Positions 12,650-28,480 are shown, counted from the stretch's first letter. The stretch is 64,000 bases of DNA from Octopus vulgaris (GCA_951406725.2 OX597826.1:48422001-48486000), one strand, 5' to 3'. A program made the numbers and translations. Notes: generated by a model not told the origin, from the letters alone.

Positions 12650-13405
12650 ACATGATGGTCAAAGCTGGAATGTCTGCTCTGTGTTAAGGCAATTACAACA
12701 TACCATCATAGCTAACATAGTTTTCTTATATTGAATAAGTTCACACCAAGTTGATAGCAGTCTTAATTTCAGACATGGAATTAATAAAGATTAAAACACG
12801 AAATAGAAAAAACTTTCCTTCATATGTTTATTTGTTTTATTGTTGTTTAAGGTTATGTTTTTTAATTTTTTTTTTCTCAAAGAATTTGTTAAGATATTTT
12901 AACTCACAACTTTACATATGGAAAATAAAAAAAAAAACAAAAAAAGAATTTGTAACAATATTGGAAAGGAATTCTTTTCTATTATACATATGTATTTCAT
13001 GTGTGCATGTGTGTATGTGTGTGTTTTTATATGTGTTTGTGTGTAAGAGTGAGTGTGCAGTGGGTGTTCGTGTGTGCCTGTGTATGTGTGTCTTTTATGC
13101 CACGCATATATATTCCTGGCTGATGTATGCAAATGCATATCTAAGCACACTAACATACATGTGTAGAAATACATATACATATATATGCACACATATGTAT
13201 ATATAAATATGTATGTGTATATCTACACATATATGTGTGTGTGTGAGTGTGTGTGTAAATATATATAGATATATATATATATATACACCCACATACACAT
13301 ATATACACACATAAATACATGTATATATTCATACATACATATTTGTGTTTTTGTGCACACATATTATGTATACATGTATATACATACATATATATATATA
13401 TATAT

Positions 13406-13450
<45 letters not shown>

Positions 13451-14352
13451 TACATAATGTATAATTATATCTAAGCAATTATGAAGAAGTTTGTGCATAC
13501 ATGTACATACATATACATGTATATATATACACATATACATATATTATATATATATAGTGTATGCTGCATATATATATGTATATGTATATTGTGTATGATG
13601 CATGTACACATGTATATATAAGTTTATACATCAATATACAAATACGCATATATACATACATCTCTGTGTATGAGTATATAATTACATATATTTATATATG
13701 TGTATGTATGATTACATTTATAAATATATATATATATAAATATATATAAATATATAATCACATTTATAGATATATATTTAAGTATATGTATACATATATG
13801 TATTTATACATGCAGAAACATATGCGCACATACATATATATATTCCATGTATGTATAGGTAGATATGTATTGTAAATTCAGGAAATTCAGTGAAAGAATT
13901 ATTTTCATGCAGTATTCTTGCAGATAGGAAATTTGCCAACTATATAAAAAGAAATCAAGCTTAGCGCCATAATTGAAGCTTATATGATTCTTTGCCGTAT
14001 ATTTTCAATGAATATGAATAATTCTTTGCTGATAGCTATATAAAGTGTCATTAATTTCAGCTCTTTAAATAGCTCTGAATGAGATTTAAGCAGTCTTTGA
14101 GAATGGATAAAATTGGAAACAATATGGTAACTGTAACAATCTACAAAAAAAAAAAAAGAAAAAGATAAAAAAAGGAAGAGAAAAAATATGTTAGTGAAGT
14201 TTAGAAGTTTAGTAAAAACCAGTGATGAGTGAGGGTGTTTTTGTGAGTGTGTATGTGTCAGTGAATAAGGCACATTTATACATGCACATATACATATGCA
14301 TACATATATATATATGTACACACACATATATATGCATATGTATATACATATG

Positions 14353-14398
<46 letters not shown>

Positions 14399-14815
14399 GA
14401 TATGTATATTTATAAATTTATATTATGTGTACATATACATACATATATATACGTATGTATATACGTATATGTATGCATGTATATATAAAATAGACATGCA
14501 TATGCATATCTAAATAATAGATATCTATAGACATATATCATATAGATAACTGTGCGCACACTCATACATACACACACACATATACACACACACATACATA
14601 CTCACACACACACACATAGACATATATATGAATATGCTGATGTCCTGTGTTTTAAAGTGCGTATTTTTTATTAGTATAGTAAAAGAAAGTCCTCTAAAAA
14701 CGACTGCTTTTATAAAACACTTTATAAAAATTAACAATAAATATACACACATGGGTGTTTATATATACATATCTATATCTATGTCTATCGATCTATATAT
14801 CTATCTATCTATCTA

Positions 14816-14858
<43 letters not shown>

Positions 14859-14898
14859 ATAAATAAATATTTATGTATATGTGTACATGTATACATAC

Positions 14899-14932
<34 letters not shown>

Positions 14933-15091
14933 ATATGTTATTTAATCTATATATACACACATGCAAAAATCCATATATGTGTGTCTATGTGTGTCCATGT
15001 ACCTAACTAAATACAAATACACACCAACACCCATATGCGTATTTTTTCTACATATGCATAAATTGACATACACACATACAAACAAATAAAC

Positions 15092-15148
<57 letters not shown>

Positions 15149-15476
15149 TAAGTGCATATATATATATATATATATATATATCCCGACTAATGTGTAATAC
15201 AAAATGTATACATATACATTCACACAGTGCCAAAATTTATTATTGGTGACAAGAAGGAAAAAGAAATTCCAGTTTTCTGCTTTTGCTTTTCAAAAACACA
15301 AACATATGTACAAAAAAAATTGATTTCTATTTCTTCATATTTTGAAATCTGTCCAGGAAAAATGATGACTGAATGTAATAAGGGCAGAGCTGTGTTTTTC
15401 ATGAGTCTTTTGTGTATGACTGTGTATATGCATGTATATATTTGTAAGTATATCTTCATATATATACATATATACA

Positions 15477-15525
<49 letters not shown>

Positions 15526-15877
15526 GTATGTATGTATGTATGTATAAATATAGATATATGCACACACACACATATATATACATGCATACATATATGTATA
15601 TACACATGTATATAGCTAGATAGATAGATAGATAGATGAAAAGATCTCCATACACACACATTGGCATAGTTGTGTGGATAGGAAGTTCGCTTTGTAACAA
15701 ACATGTGGTTTCAGGTTCAATTCCACTGTGTCACACACACACATATATATATACATATATATATAAATATATATATATATATATGTGTGTATATATATAC
15801 ATATATATATTTATATGTATATATATATATGTATATATATATATAAATATATATATATATAGATACATATATATATT

Positions 15878-15937
<60 letters not shown>

Positions 15938-16367
15938 CATATACATATATATGTACATATATATATACACACACACAACAGTCTTCTTTTAGTTTCCATC
16001 TATTAAAATCACTCGCATGGATTTAATCGGCCTGAGGCTATAGTAGAAGACACTTGCCCAAGGTGTCACACAATGGGACTGAACCTGGAACCATGTGGTT
16101 GGTAAGCACACACCCACTCCTCTGCCTATATATGTGTGTGTATATATATTTTCTTTTATTCTTTTACTTGTTTCAGTCAGTAGACTGTGACCATGCTGGA
16201 GTACCATTGACCCCCCAGTTTTTTTCTTTTTAAACCTAGTACTTATTCTGTTACGTGAACACACCAACAGCAGTTGTCAAGTGTTGATGGGGGGGGGGGG
16301 ACAAACACAGACGCAAACTCACACACAGACACATACACGCACATATATATATGCATGTGTATATATA

Positions 16368-17707
16368 CAAAGTGTCCATAAATTCTCCTTACAATTTAAA
16401 AATTTTATTACGAAGGTAGTTGACAAGATATCTTAACCAGATTTGTTTTATTGTAATAATTGTTTATTAAAGTTTTTTTAACTGTTATTTAATAGACCTC
16501 AATATGGGCACCATTAGTTGCACGAAGCACATTAAGATGGTACTCGATTTCTTGCCATGTTCGATGTAGGATAGCCTCATCAACGGTGGCAATGGCATTA
16601 CGAATCCTTTGCTTCAAGTCAGCAATGTCCTGTATCTTTGTTTGATACATGATATCTTTTACATAACCCCATAAAATGAAGTCCAAGCGAGTGATATCTG
16701 GTGAACGTGGTGGCCATGGTATTGGCCCATCCCTTCCAATCAATCAGTCTGGAAATGTTTGATTGAGGAACAGACAAACATGCTGTCCCCAATGTGGTAG
16801 TGCACCATCTTGCTGGAAAATGATGGTTGGTCGTAAATCAATCAGTTGTGGTGCCACATATTCGGTCAGAAGGTCAAGGTTAACATCTGCAGTAATTGTT
16901 GCCTCATTGAAGAAAAGTGAACCAATTATTCGATTGCACATAATTCCACACCACACATTCACTTTTGGACTATCCTGTTGAAGCACCCTAGTCACATGTG
17001 GGTGTTCTGATCCCCAGATTCTCCTATTGTGTCTGTTTAATTTCCCTGAAACATGAAAAGTCACCTCATCACTAAACAAACTCGCTTGAGGAATGCTTCA
17101 TCCTCAGAAATGCGTTCCAGCATATTGAGTGCAAACTCTTTTCGTTTTGGCTTGTCCTTTGGCTCAAGTGCCTGTAACAGTTGCACTTTATAAGCGTACA
17201 ACCATAAGTTCTTGTGGAGGACCTTGTGCACTGTTGAACATTGTAGTTGCAACTGTCTGGCAGCAGTGCGGATGGATTTCGTAGGAGAACCAGCAAAGGC
17301 TTTTGAAACATGATCCATGCTTTCATCAGATGTTTTTGGTCACCCTCTCCTCCCTTTATCCAACACTGTCCCTGCCTCCATAAATTTCTTGTGCCATGCA
17401 CAAATTGAAGGACGTGATAGTGGATCTTTTCTATATGTAGTTCTGTAGTTTTGTTGTATCTGGACATCTGATTTTGTCTCAATAAACCAAGATAAACATT
17501 GTGCCTTTTCATGAGGAGTAGCCATTTTATAGGGGTTCAGTGAACCAGTTCCCTTCCGTGAACAGAGAATTTGAAACACAAAAATTTAATATCAATAAAA
17601 ACTTTAATAAACAATTATTGAAATAAAATAAATCTGGTTAAGACATCTCATCAACTGCCCTTGTAATAATTTTCTTTAAATTGTAGATTGACTTTATGGA
17701 CACTCTG
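16368..17707 (-). mobile_element. Tc1/mariner DNA transposon, DD41D (rosa-type), ~1340 bp with ~115 bp TIRs and TA TSD
   Basis: ta|caaagtgtccataaa...ttattaaagtttt matches the reverse complement of aaaactttaataa...tttatggacactctg|ta. Confidence 0.9.
16489..17525 (-). pseudogene. Disrupted DD41D transposase
   Basis: MATPHEK... HTH region, FSDE, FQQDGA and WPPRSPDITRLD. 41 codons lie between the 2nd and 3rd Asp, counting one in-frame stop. Frameshifts present. Confidence 0.88.
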
Positions 17708-17737
17708 TATATTTATATATTTGTCTTGCAAGTATTT

Positions 17738-18110
17738 GGTGACCCTGTCAGTGCAAGTGCCACTTAGAAAGCACCGAATTTACATTGTAAAGTGGTTGCT
17801 GTTAGGAAGGGTATCAAGCTGTAAAAGTCTTACCGAAACAGTCACCGAAGTGTGGTGCAGGCTTCAGTCTGGCCAGCTCTTGTGGAACCATCCTGTCCAT
17901 GCTAGCATAGAAGACAGACGTTAAACGATCATGATGATGATGATGATGATCATCATCATCATCGTTTAACGTCCGCTTTCCATGCTAGCATGGGTTGGAC
18001 AGTTCAACTGGGATCTGGGACGCCCGAAGGCTGCACCAGGCCAGTCAGATCTGGCGGTGTTTCTACAGCTGGATGCCCTTCCTAATGCCAACCACTCCGT
18101 GAGTGTAGTT
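17738..18110. mobile_element. Two RTE-LINE 3' tails joined tail-to-tail (17738-17950 plus, 17951-18110 minus)
   Basis: ...gacgttaaacgatcatgat(gat)n meets (cat)n cgtttaacgtccgctttccatgctagcatgg. Same tail as the RTE at 39468-40318. Confidence 0.75.
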
Positions 18111-18348
18111 GATGACTATGATATATTGTCATCATATAACAGGCTTCTTTCAGTTTCTGTCTACCAAATCCACTCACAAGACTTTGGTCAGCCTGAATCT
18201 ATAGTCGAAGATACTTGCCCAAAGTGCTATGCAGTGAGACTGAAACCAGAACGAAGTAGTTGGGAAGCAAGCTTCTTACCACACAGCCACACTTGCACCT
18301 ATATATGTCCTTAGATGCAGATCGTGCACTTATCTATATACACACGCA

Positions 18349-18388
<40 letters not shown>

Positions 18389-18390
<2 letters not shown>

Positions 18391-18559
18391 CGCAGGAGTG
18401 GCTGTGTGGTAAGTAGCTTGTTTACCAGCCACATGGTTCTGGGTTCAGTCCCACTGCGTGGCATCTTGGGCAAGTGCCTTCTACTATAGCCCCGAGCTAA
18501 CCAATGCCTTGTGAGTGGATTTGGTAGATGGAAACTGAAAGAAGCCTGTCGTATATATG

Positions 18560-18592
<33 letters not shown>

Positions 18593-18824
18593 ATTTGTTT
18601 GTGCGTCTGTGTTTGTCCCCCTAGCATTGCTTGACAACCGATGCTGGTGTGTTTACGTTCCCGTCACTTAGCGGTTCGGCAAAAGAGACTGATAGAATAA
18701 GTACTGGGCTTACAAAAGAATAAGTCCCGGGGTCGAGTTGCTCGACTAAAGGTGGTGTTCCAGCATGGCCGCAGTCAAATGACTGAAACAAGTAAAAGAG
18801 TAAAAGAGTAAAAGAGTAAAAGAG
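18389..18824 (+). mobile_element. SINE family A, young full-length copy (resembles Octopus tRNA-derived SINEs)
   Basis: ggcgcaggagtggctgtgtggtaagtagc...gggttcagtccc head, internal (TA)/(TG) tract, (taaaagag)n tail, CpGs retained. Confidence 0.9.
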
Positions 18825-18856
<32 letters not shown>

Positions 18857-19068
18857 CAAAATGGTCTGAGTCTGCATGTTTCTAGGAGTAGCTTTTACCC
18901 ACCACACTCTACAGACCATTTTTCACATATTTTTTATATTTCTTTCTGCTGGTGATCTTCTCCATATATGGGATCCATTCCAGAAGTTTTGAGAGTTTTT
19001 CAGGAGAGAAAATTTTTTTAATTTCATAATTTCAAAGAAGTACAAAACACTAGTCTCCTTCATAGTAG

Positions 19069-20150
<1,082 letters not shown>

Positions 20151-20588
20151 TTTTGAATTGTTGCCCTCTTTTGTAACCGAAACAACAGGAGACATATGCA
20201 TATGCATATGTATGTGCATGTGCATGCATGTGTGTGTATGTATGTATGTATGTATGTATGTATATGGATATATATATGTGTGTGACATTAGCCATTAAGT
20301 TTACACCTTTGTTATTTCAGATTGTAATCTGAAAGCAATAATAACGAAGAAGAAATAAGATGACAGGTAAGATGACAGCAGGTGAGACGTCAAACCATAC
20401 CTGAATGGTCCTCGTTTCTTCCCTCCCCCCCCCCAGTTCTGTTCTCCAAAGGTGCTGCTGCTTAAAAAAAAATTCTTACAGACTGCTCCATTGCCAGAAT
20501 CTTCAACTTCAATTTCCTGCCTTTGAAATAGAATTCTTGATTAAATAAAGTCAAATGATTTATAGCTATACACGCACACTCACACACA

Positions 20589-20663
<75 letters not shown>

Positions 20664-20811
20664 ACCACAAACAAACATTTACGTGCCTAGATGATGCATA
20701 CATGCTTAAATTCATAGACATAGGTGTGTGTGTGTGTGTGTGTGTCTGTCCGTCTGTCTATCTGTCTGTGTGTCTGTCTGTCTGTCATAAATACATATCC
20801 TAATTTGTTTT

Positions 20812-21058
20812 TTTATTCTATTTTCCTTGTTTTAGTAATTTGACTGTGGCCATGCTGAAGCATCATATTGAAGTGTTTTTTGCTGAACAGTTCAACCCCG
20901 GGACGTATTTTTAAGCCTAGTACTTATTCCATTGCTATCTTTGCTGAACTACTAAGTTACAGGGATGTAAACACACCAACACCGGTTGTCAAGTGGTGAT
21001 AGGGGACAAACACAGACACAAAAACACATACATATACACACACACATATGTATGTATG

Positions 21059-21093
<35 letters not shown>

Positions 21094-21253
21094 CAGGCTT
21101 CTTTCAGTTTCCATCAGCGAAATCCACTCACAAGGCTTTAGTCAGCCCAAGGCTATAGTAGAAGACACTTGCCCAAGGTGCGATGTAATGGGACTGAACC
21201 CAGAAACACATGGTTGGGAAGCAATCTTCTTACCACACAACCACATCTGCACC
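20812..21253 (-). mobile_element. SINE family A
   Basis: Reverse complement of the consensus. Further copies at about 21893-22027, 23538-23703, 30515-30985, 32727-32882, 35228-35328, 36378-36530, 43400-43610, 49932-50292 and 60360-60562. Confidence 0.85.
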
Positions 21254-21394
21254 CATGTATATATATAATATATTTGCATGCATCTGTATTAAATATATAT
21301 ACGTATACACATGTATACATATCCATGTATCTGCATATGTATTTACATATTTATGTATAGACATGTGTGCATGTGTTCATCTGTGTGTGTGTGC

Positions 21395-21431
<37 letters not shown>

Positions 21432-21622
21432 ATGCGTGTGTGTATGCCTGCAGTCTTTGAGCCCATCAGATCCTGATAAACTATCCAAACACATGCTTAC
21501 CTGGAATATGGATGGTAAATAACAATAATGATAATATACGTGACTACATATTATTCTACCTTTGGTATTCGAGTAGTATTTTGTTCCACCTTGTTTCACA
21601 TTTATGTGCTTACTTGCATATA

Positions 21623-21654
<32 letters not shown>

Positions 21655-21757
21655 GATAGATAGATAGATAGATAAAAGTAGATTAATAGATATCAGTGGG
21701 ATAGAGAATTACATATCCAGGCTTTATTATACAGTTAATTACATCCTTCTTTGGCAG

Positions 21758-21855
21758 TACCTACACATGTTTCTGCTGTGAGCCATTGCACACTGCAGAT
21801 TATGCATCTTGGTGTGTGTCTGGATGTTAATTATTTGTGCTGCTTCATCAGGATA
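21758..21855 (-). ncRNA. Type I hammerhead with an extended (~70 nt) domain II
   Basis: Minus strand: tatc CTGATGA ...long insert... GAA ACATGTGT A ggta. Stem I tatc/ggta; base of stem II is degenerate. Confidence 0.55.
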
Positions 21856-22266
21856 AAATTTAACTGCATTTTAGATATCATCTGAACAGAGTACTTAGCG
21901 GTTCAGCAAAAGAGACTGATAGAATAAGTACTAGGCTTACAAAGAATAAGTCCTGGGGTCGATTTGCTTGACTAAAAGTGGTGCTCCAGCATTGCCACAG
22001 TCACATGACTGAAACAAGTAAAAGAGTGAGTATTAGCCCAACTAGAATTATTCATGCATATGTGTGTGTGTGTCAGTATGTGTGTGTGTGTGTATGTGAG
22101 CTAGTTTAAGTATGGTATAGATAGGAACTAGGTAGCATGGAGAAAGATCAGACTCTTGAACTATGACTCCAGCAGGGTGAGGTAATCCAAAAAGTTGGTT
22201 AAAACAATATTCAAAATCAAGCAGGTATGGAAATGTAACATTGCCTCACTATTGCATCTTTGTGCA

Positions 22267-22327
22267 TTCAGATGTACGATGATATCAACCAGTCACTGAA
22301 CATTCGAAACTGGTGTAAAGATCTGAA
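22267..22327 (+). ncRNA. Degenerate hammerhead
   Basis: ttcagat...(A)CGATGA...c GAAAC tggt GTA aag atctgaa. 7-bp distal stem I ttcagat/atctgaa; core mutated. Confidence 0.35.
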
Positions 22328-22577
22328 CTAATTACATCATGTAAACTGCATACACAGCTTTTTAAATATATACATTCCTTCCTCTCACCTGTTAATGTTT
22401 ATCTCTCTTTCTTCTTCTACACACACACACACACATATATATGTATATATTTATATACGTAAGTGTGTGTGAGTATATATATGTATGAGTATGTATATAT
22501 ATATTAGTATATATGTGTGTGTGTATATATGTATATGTATATATTTATATATATGTACATGTATATGTCTATATATG

Positions 22578-22690
<113 letters not shown>

Positions 22691-22781
22691 ATAGAAATGT
22701 TAAGACAACAAAAGAATGAAAGAATGTAAATATAGGAATTTATCTGTAAAATATAATATGTGACAATTATTCAGTAGCCTT

Positions 22782-22842
22782 GATAAAACTCTGAGTTTCG
22801 GATGTCAAGGCAGAAACCCACGCTGCTATCTCTTCAGTTATC
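22782..22842 (-). ncRNA. Type I hammerhead ribozyme in a (TA)n-flanked cassette (22688-22866)
   Basis: Minus strand: gataa CTGAAGA gat-agcag...ctgc...atc-c GAA ACTCAGAGT T ttatc. Perfect 5-bp stem I, near-palindromic stem III, GUU site. Confidence 0.8.
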
Positions 22843-23437
22843 TGGCCATCAAAAAAATGCTATTAATATATATATATATGTGTGTAGAGCAATAAGAAAA
22901 TGGAGGGGATCAATAGGTGGTAATCATCAACTTTTAGACATTATATTATGTCAATTTATGTATTAATTTACTAAAATGCCAACTATAACAATATACATAC
23001 ATGTATAACATATTATGCTTTAGATATATAATATATAAAGATACCAGTAATTATTAAAATATATAACATACAGGAATAGAAATTGGGAAAATATCTTACA
23101 GCTGTTTCAGACAAGAGGCAAAAATACCTAATTCTACCTTTATCCTTCCAGTAGACTGTAGTAATTAGTAGATAAATTGAGGTACTTGGGTGTTTCTCTA
23201 GGCAGTATATTGGATAGATATTATCCCTTAGTTGGTTGGATTCACAACCTCTATCTTTCTTGGAAATATATATATATGTATATGTATATATATATATATG
23301 AATGGATTGGCAGACTGAAACTGAAAGAAGCCTATTATATATGTATATCATCATTATCATCATCATTTAACAGAAAACAGATGTTAAATGATGATGATAT
23401 GTATATATATATTTATATATAAATATATGTATGTATG

Positions 23438-23490
<53 letters not shown>

Positions 23491-23491
23491 T

Positions 23492-23529
<38 letters not shown>

Positions 23530-24581
23530 ACATATATACAGCAGGCTTCTTTCAGCTTCCTGCAGCCAAATCCACTCACGTGGCTCTGGTTGACCCAAGG
23601 TTATAATGAAAGAAACCTGCTTAAAGTACCACACAGTAGGACTGAACTCAGAGCCCTGTAATCCAGAAGCAAACTGCCTACCACACAGCCATGCCTGTGC
23701 CTGTATATAAAAAATATAAATTCTTTTCTTGGATAAATTTTATCTCTCACCAGCTCAAAATTTATGGAAACCATAAAACCATCATGTTTTTTCCTTCTAT
23801 TTTTTGCATGTGTGAAGAATTCGTATTTATCTGCATCAGAAATATGTATAAAATCATTTGTTTTATTTGTCTTTTGTGAAGAATTAACTCAAAATTAAGT
23901 GGGAACAATTGAATAATTAAATATCTGTTAATTCCATTTTTTTTTTATCAATTTGCTTTAAATTTTGTAGAAACAGAAAATACAATACAAAGCCAATTTT
24001 GGCAATTGTTTCTTGTTAAATGTTTTTTTTTCTTTCGCTTTTAAACCAAAATATGCCAGCGTTAGAAAGAATAGAAACATGGTAAATGTTAGCTCTTTAA
24101 AGATGCTGACTTAAATATTTTGTAAAAGCCAAGAAATTTAAATGAAATTTTATTCTTTTTACATTTTAATATCAATGAGGTGAAACAGTTAATTTTCTTC
24201 TTTTTTTCACAGTTCTGATAATGAAAATCTATAAAGTTTACACCATCTGGTGTGTGTGTGTGTGTGTACGTGCATGCATGCGTGTGTGTGTGTGCATGTA
24301 TGTGTGCATGTATGTGTGTATGTATGTGTGCTTTTATATATGTTTATGTGCATTGGGGAAATGTAAGAAAAAGAGAGATAAATACGTGTATAGGTATATA
24401 GATATAAATATATTCATACACACATACACATATATACACACATACAGACACACACACATGTGTATATCTCTATATCTACCTCTCACTCACTCTCTCTCTC
24501 TATATATATATATATATGTATGTATATGTATGTATGTATATATGTATGCATATATATATGTGTGTGTGTATATATTTGTAT

Positions 24582-24682
<101 letters not shown>

Positions 24683-25551
24683 GTTTCCCTTTTTGTATAT
24701 TTCCCCTTCCTTTTTCTAGATTAAATAAAAAATCGACTCCTTATCTCTCATATCGTACAGCCTATTCAATTCCCATTGTACCTCCTCCATTACAACTTTG
24801 CGGTTTATATTCTAATTGAAGAAATAGTTATCTTCATTATAATTTTTGTGATTTTATTGTTATCATCCTCTTTATCGTGATTATTATCATCATTGCTATT
24901 AACACCTTAATTATCGCATTGTTAATTCTTGAAAATTAATTGAATATTAAAAAAGATCATTAAATATTTGCCTTATTATTATCTGTTCTTCCACACTTGA
25001 TGTTACAATTTACAGCAAATTCCTGTATAATAATTCTCTGCAATATTTCCAAGTGAGTATAACACTGGAATTTGTACCATGCTTTCATTGAGTGTTGCAG
25101 GTGCCTGTGTAGTCACTAGCAGACATTGACACTTTCTTAACTCTCTCAGTGGTTTAATGAATATGTGACAGCAAGAAGGAAAACACTTTACACTAGCAGT
25201 CAGCTGGTACTCATATTTTCAGCTGAGTAGACTGCAACAACATGAAATGGAGTGTCTTGATCAAGGAGACAATGAACCTATTTTCCTCAAAACTGAAACC
25301 ATGAGCTAATTATCATGATTACAAACCCTAACAAATGGACGATATGAAATATTTTGCTTAGATAAAAAAAGTATCTATAACGTTGAGTGACTCCTTAGAG
25401 TGTTAGTTCATGTACAAGAATATAGTTTTTGTACAATGTCAATAGTCGGAGCTCAATGCAGACTTAATAAAACAACTGACTCAATCACTCAATTATCATT
25501 ATTTAAATTTAAAGAATTTTTCATTCTTTCTTAGCGTAAATCTTTGATATA

Positions 25552-25985
25552 TATCATCATCATCATCATCATTACCACTACCATCACCAACATCATTGTC
25601 GTCGTCATCATCATCATCCTCATCATCATCATCATCATCATCATCATTACCACTACCGTCACCAACATCATTGTCGTCGTCATCATCATCATCCTCATCA
25701 TCATCATCATCATCATCATTATCATTGTCATCACCACGACCATCATCATCCTCATCTTCATCATCACCAACATCATTCACCTCTATCATCAATCTCATGA
25801 TAATCATCATTACCATCTTTATCATCTTCATTATCATCATCATCATCTTCTTGCTCATCACCACAACCATCATTGTCATCATCATCATTGTCATCGTCAT
25901 CATCATCACCTTCATCATCATCGTCGTCATCATCTTCATCATCATCATCATCATCATCACCGCCACCACCATCACCACACTCACC
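25552..25985. repeat. (CAT)n-based compound microsatellite with an internal ~78 bp duplication; a similar array lies at 31410-31945
   Basis: Direct reading. Confidence 0.9.
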
Positions 25986-26644
25986 ACACTCGTTATCAAT
26001 GTTTTAAGATTTACTTCTTTTTCATGTTTGCATGACTCGGGTGATACTACATAGATGCAGTGTTCTCTACAGCTGGATACAGTCACTGACACCAACACTC
26101 GTTTCCAAACAACATAATTAACCCCCCCCCCAATCTGTCAAATATCACACAGCTTGGTCATGTTTGTGCAACGGATTGCAAACAAACTGCACTATTTGTA
26201 TGCACTGTCTTTTGTTTACAGTTAGAGCAAAGCATGTCAATACATGACAAAAAACAACAAAAAAAAACCAACCTGGACATGTTTTCATGGTGGATTACAA
26301 ATAGATGACACCGTCTGTGTGAACATTGAGCCCTGTGTTTATAACAGCATGCAAACATGTTAAAGAGGAAGGGAAATACAATCTCATACTCACACACACA
26401 AATACATGTATAAATACACACATATACACATATATACACACACACATACATGGAATGATATAAACAGCTTCATGGAATCTGTATAGGAATGTTTTGCAGA
26501 AAATGATTTTGGTTTGAGAGCTGCGAAGTGAGACAGATTTAAATAATACACACATAATCAGTTCTTGGAGATCTGGTAATATACTGTCCATAAATATATA
26601 TCCCTTCAAAAGTCTATGTCTGTCTTTTTATCTATCTATCTACC

Positions 26645-26679
<35 letters not shown>

Positions 26680-26680
<1 letters not shown>

Positions 26681-27130
26681 CAGCCATGCCTGTAGAGCTT
26701 ATCCTGAACATGTAGCACTTCTCGATACCATTGCCAGACCAGGGATCTCTGGAAGTTGTCTATAGGTCCCGGCCCGAAAGTTATCTTGAACAGGCAGGAC
26801 AGGTAGTCCTTTTCAATGACCAGGTTCACCCTGAGACTGTCGTCATACCTCCCCTCCACTAATCTGCTATAGAATGTTTTGGTTGTGTTGCAATCGCTCA
26901 AGATCAACCCAGGACAAGAGCAATGTGACAATCGCAGTGCCATTTACCCTTCCTCGGCCTCTTTTTGATCCACAACTGCAGTTTGGTCTTGGAGACGAAC
27001 CGTGGGAAAGCACGCCTCACAAATGGCAACCATTCCTGTTCACCGTCGTTTATGTAGAGCCAGAGATGTCACAGTCTCAGCGCATGTCTGCACATCATCA
27101 ACCACAGCATGCCCAGCTCTCCTTTTAACA
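26680..27130 (-). pseudogene. Decayed Tx1/L1-like LINE ORF2 fragment (post-RT, before the zinc knuckle)
   Basis: LLKGELGMLWLMMCRHALRL (GGLG...ALRL-like) and SLVWQWYREVLHVQDKLYRHG (W..R.AL.V..KL.R.G-like), with stops and frameshifts. Confidence 0.6.
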
Positions 27131-28297
27131 GGTAGATAGATAGATAGATACATACATACATACATACATACATACATACATACATAGACAAACAGATAGA
27201 CAGACAGACACATACATACACATACATACATACATACATGCACATACATACATACGTACATACATACATACATACATACATGCACATACATACATACAAA
27301 TACATACATACACATACATATATGTATATACATACATACATACATACATACATACATACATACATACATACACAAATACATATATACATGCATACATACA
27401 TTCTTTCTTCCGAAAGTATATTTATAGATATATATATAGTGTTTCAAAAGAGTGCATATCTCTAGTTTATGTCTGTAGACTATGGATAACCTTTCAGCTG
27501 ATTAATTACTTTCTTCCTGATCTAACTGGATGAAAGCTCTATTGCAAGAGAGAGTGAGGGTCTAAAGAGAACTGAGTTGTGTAAATGACTAAGACAAAGA
27601 CTTAATTGCTCATTTATTCAATCTAAATTAATTAAAGTCTTTCTATTAGAGAAACAAAAAAAAAAATAACAAAAGAAAGATGGGGGGAAAACGGTATTCA
27701 AAAGCCTCAAGCCAAATTTGAACTTAACACTCTTAAACTCTGCCTTAACATACTACCCATGGGGCTACATTCTATATTTTAAAATAAAGCTACTTAACTC
27801 TGAATTCATTGGTAAATATTGAACAGAAAAACCAAATAAATTGACTCACAATATTACAGATATAATCTTTTATATGTTGTGTTATCCTTCTTACCATCAG
27901 AGAGAACTTCTTCCAGATTAAAAAAAAATTATTGAATTATTTCATTTGTCTTTCCATACAGGATTTTTTTTTTGCTTTTCTTTTTACTGTTTTTTTTACT
28001 GTTTTTTATGCTTTTTTTTTTTGGTGATAATTAGATTCGCCCTTTATTCCTGAGTATTCTCTACTAAAAGACAAGATCAAATTAGACATTACCATTATTT
28101 GTTGTTTGGATTTTGTGAAAAATTATCTTCTCTATCATCCATTTATTAAAAAACATTGTCTCAAGATTAAAATCTCTATCTAGCAATTCTTAAGAAGTCT
28201 TTTTTTTTTTTTTTATCTTGGATTTTTTTATCAACACTGTATAATTGTTCTCTTTATCTTCTTCTTCAGTTTATCTTTCATATCATTTCTATTTCAA

Positions 28298-28480
28298 GAT
28301 GTTCAGTTGTGTATTGTAGCCAGAGCCATTTAGTTGTATATTGTAACCAGAGACATTCGGTTGTATATCATAACCAGTGATGTTCTTGTTATATATTGTA
28401 AGCAGAGACATTTAGGTGTATATCATATAAGTTGTATATTATAGCCAGTGATGTTCAGTTGTATATTATAAGTGAAGACA
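28298..28480. repeat. 27-bp minisatellite, about 7 degenerate units
   Basis: gatgttcagttgtgtattgtagccaga / gccatttagttgtatattgtaaccaga / gacattcggttgtatatcataaccagt. Confidence 0.8.

Larger units (their letters stand above)
16150..18300 (-). mobile_element. SINE family A split by ~1.8 kb of nested insertions (tail 16150-16320, head 18135-18300)
   Basis: Both halves are on the minus strand in the correct order. The gap holds a Tc1/mariner element and two RTE tails. Confidence 0.6.
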
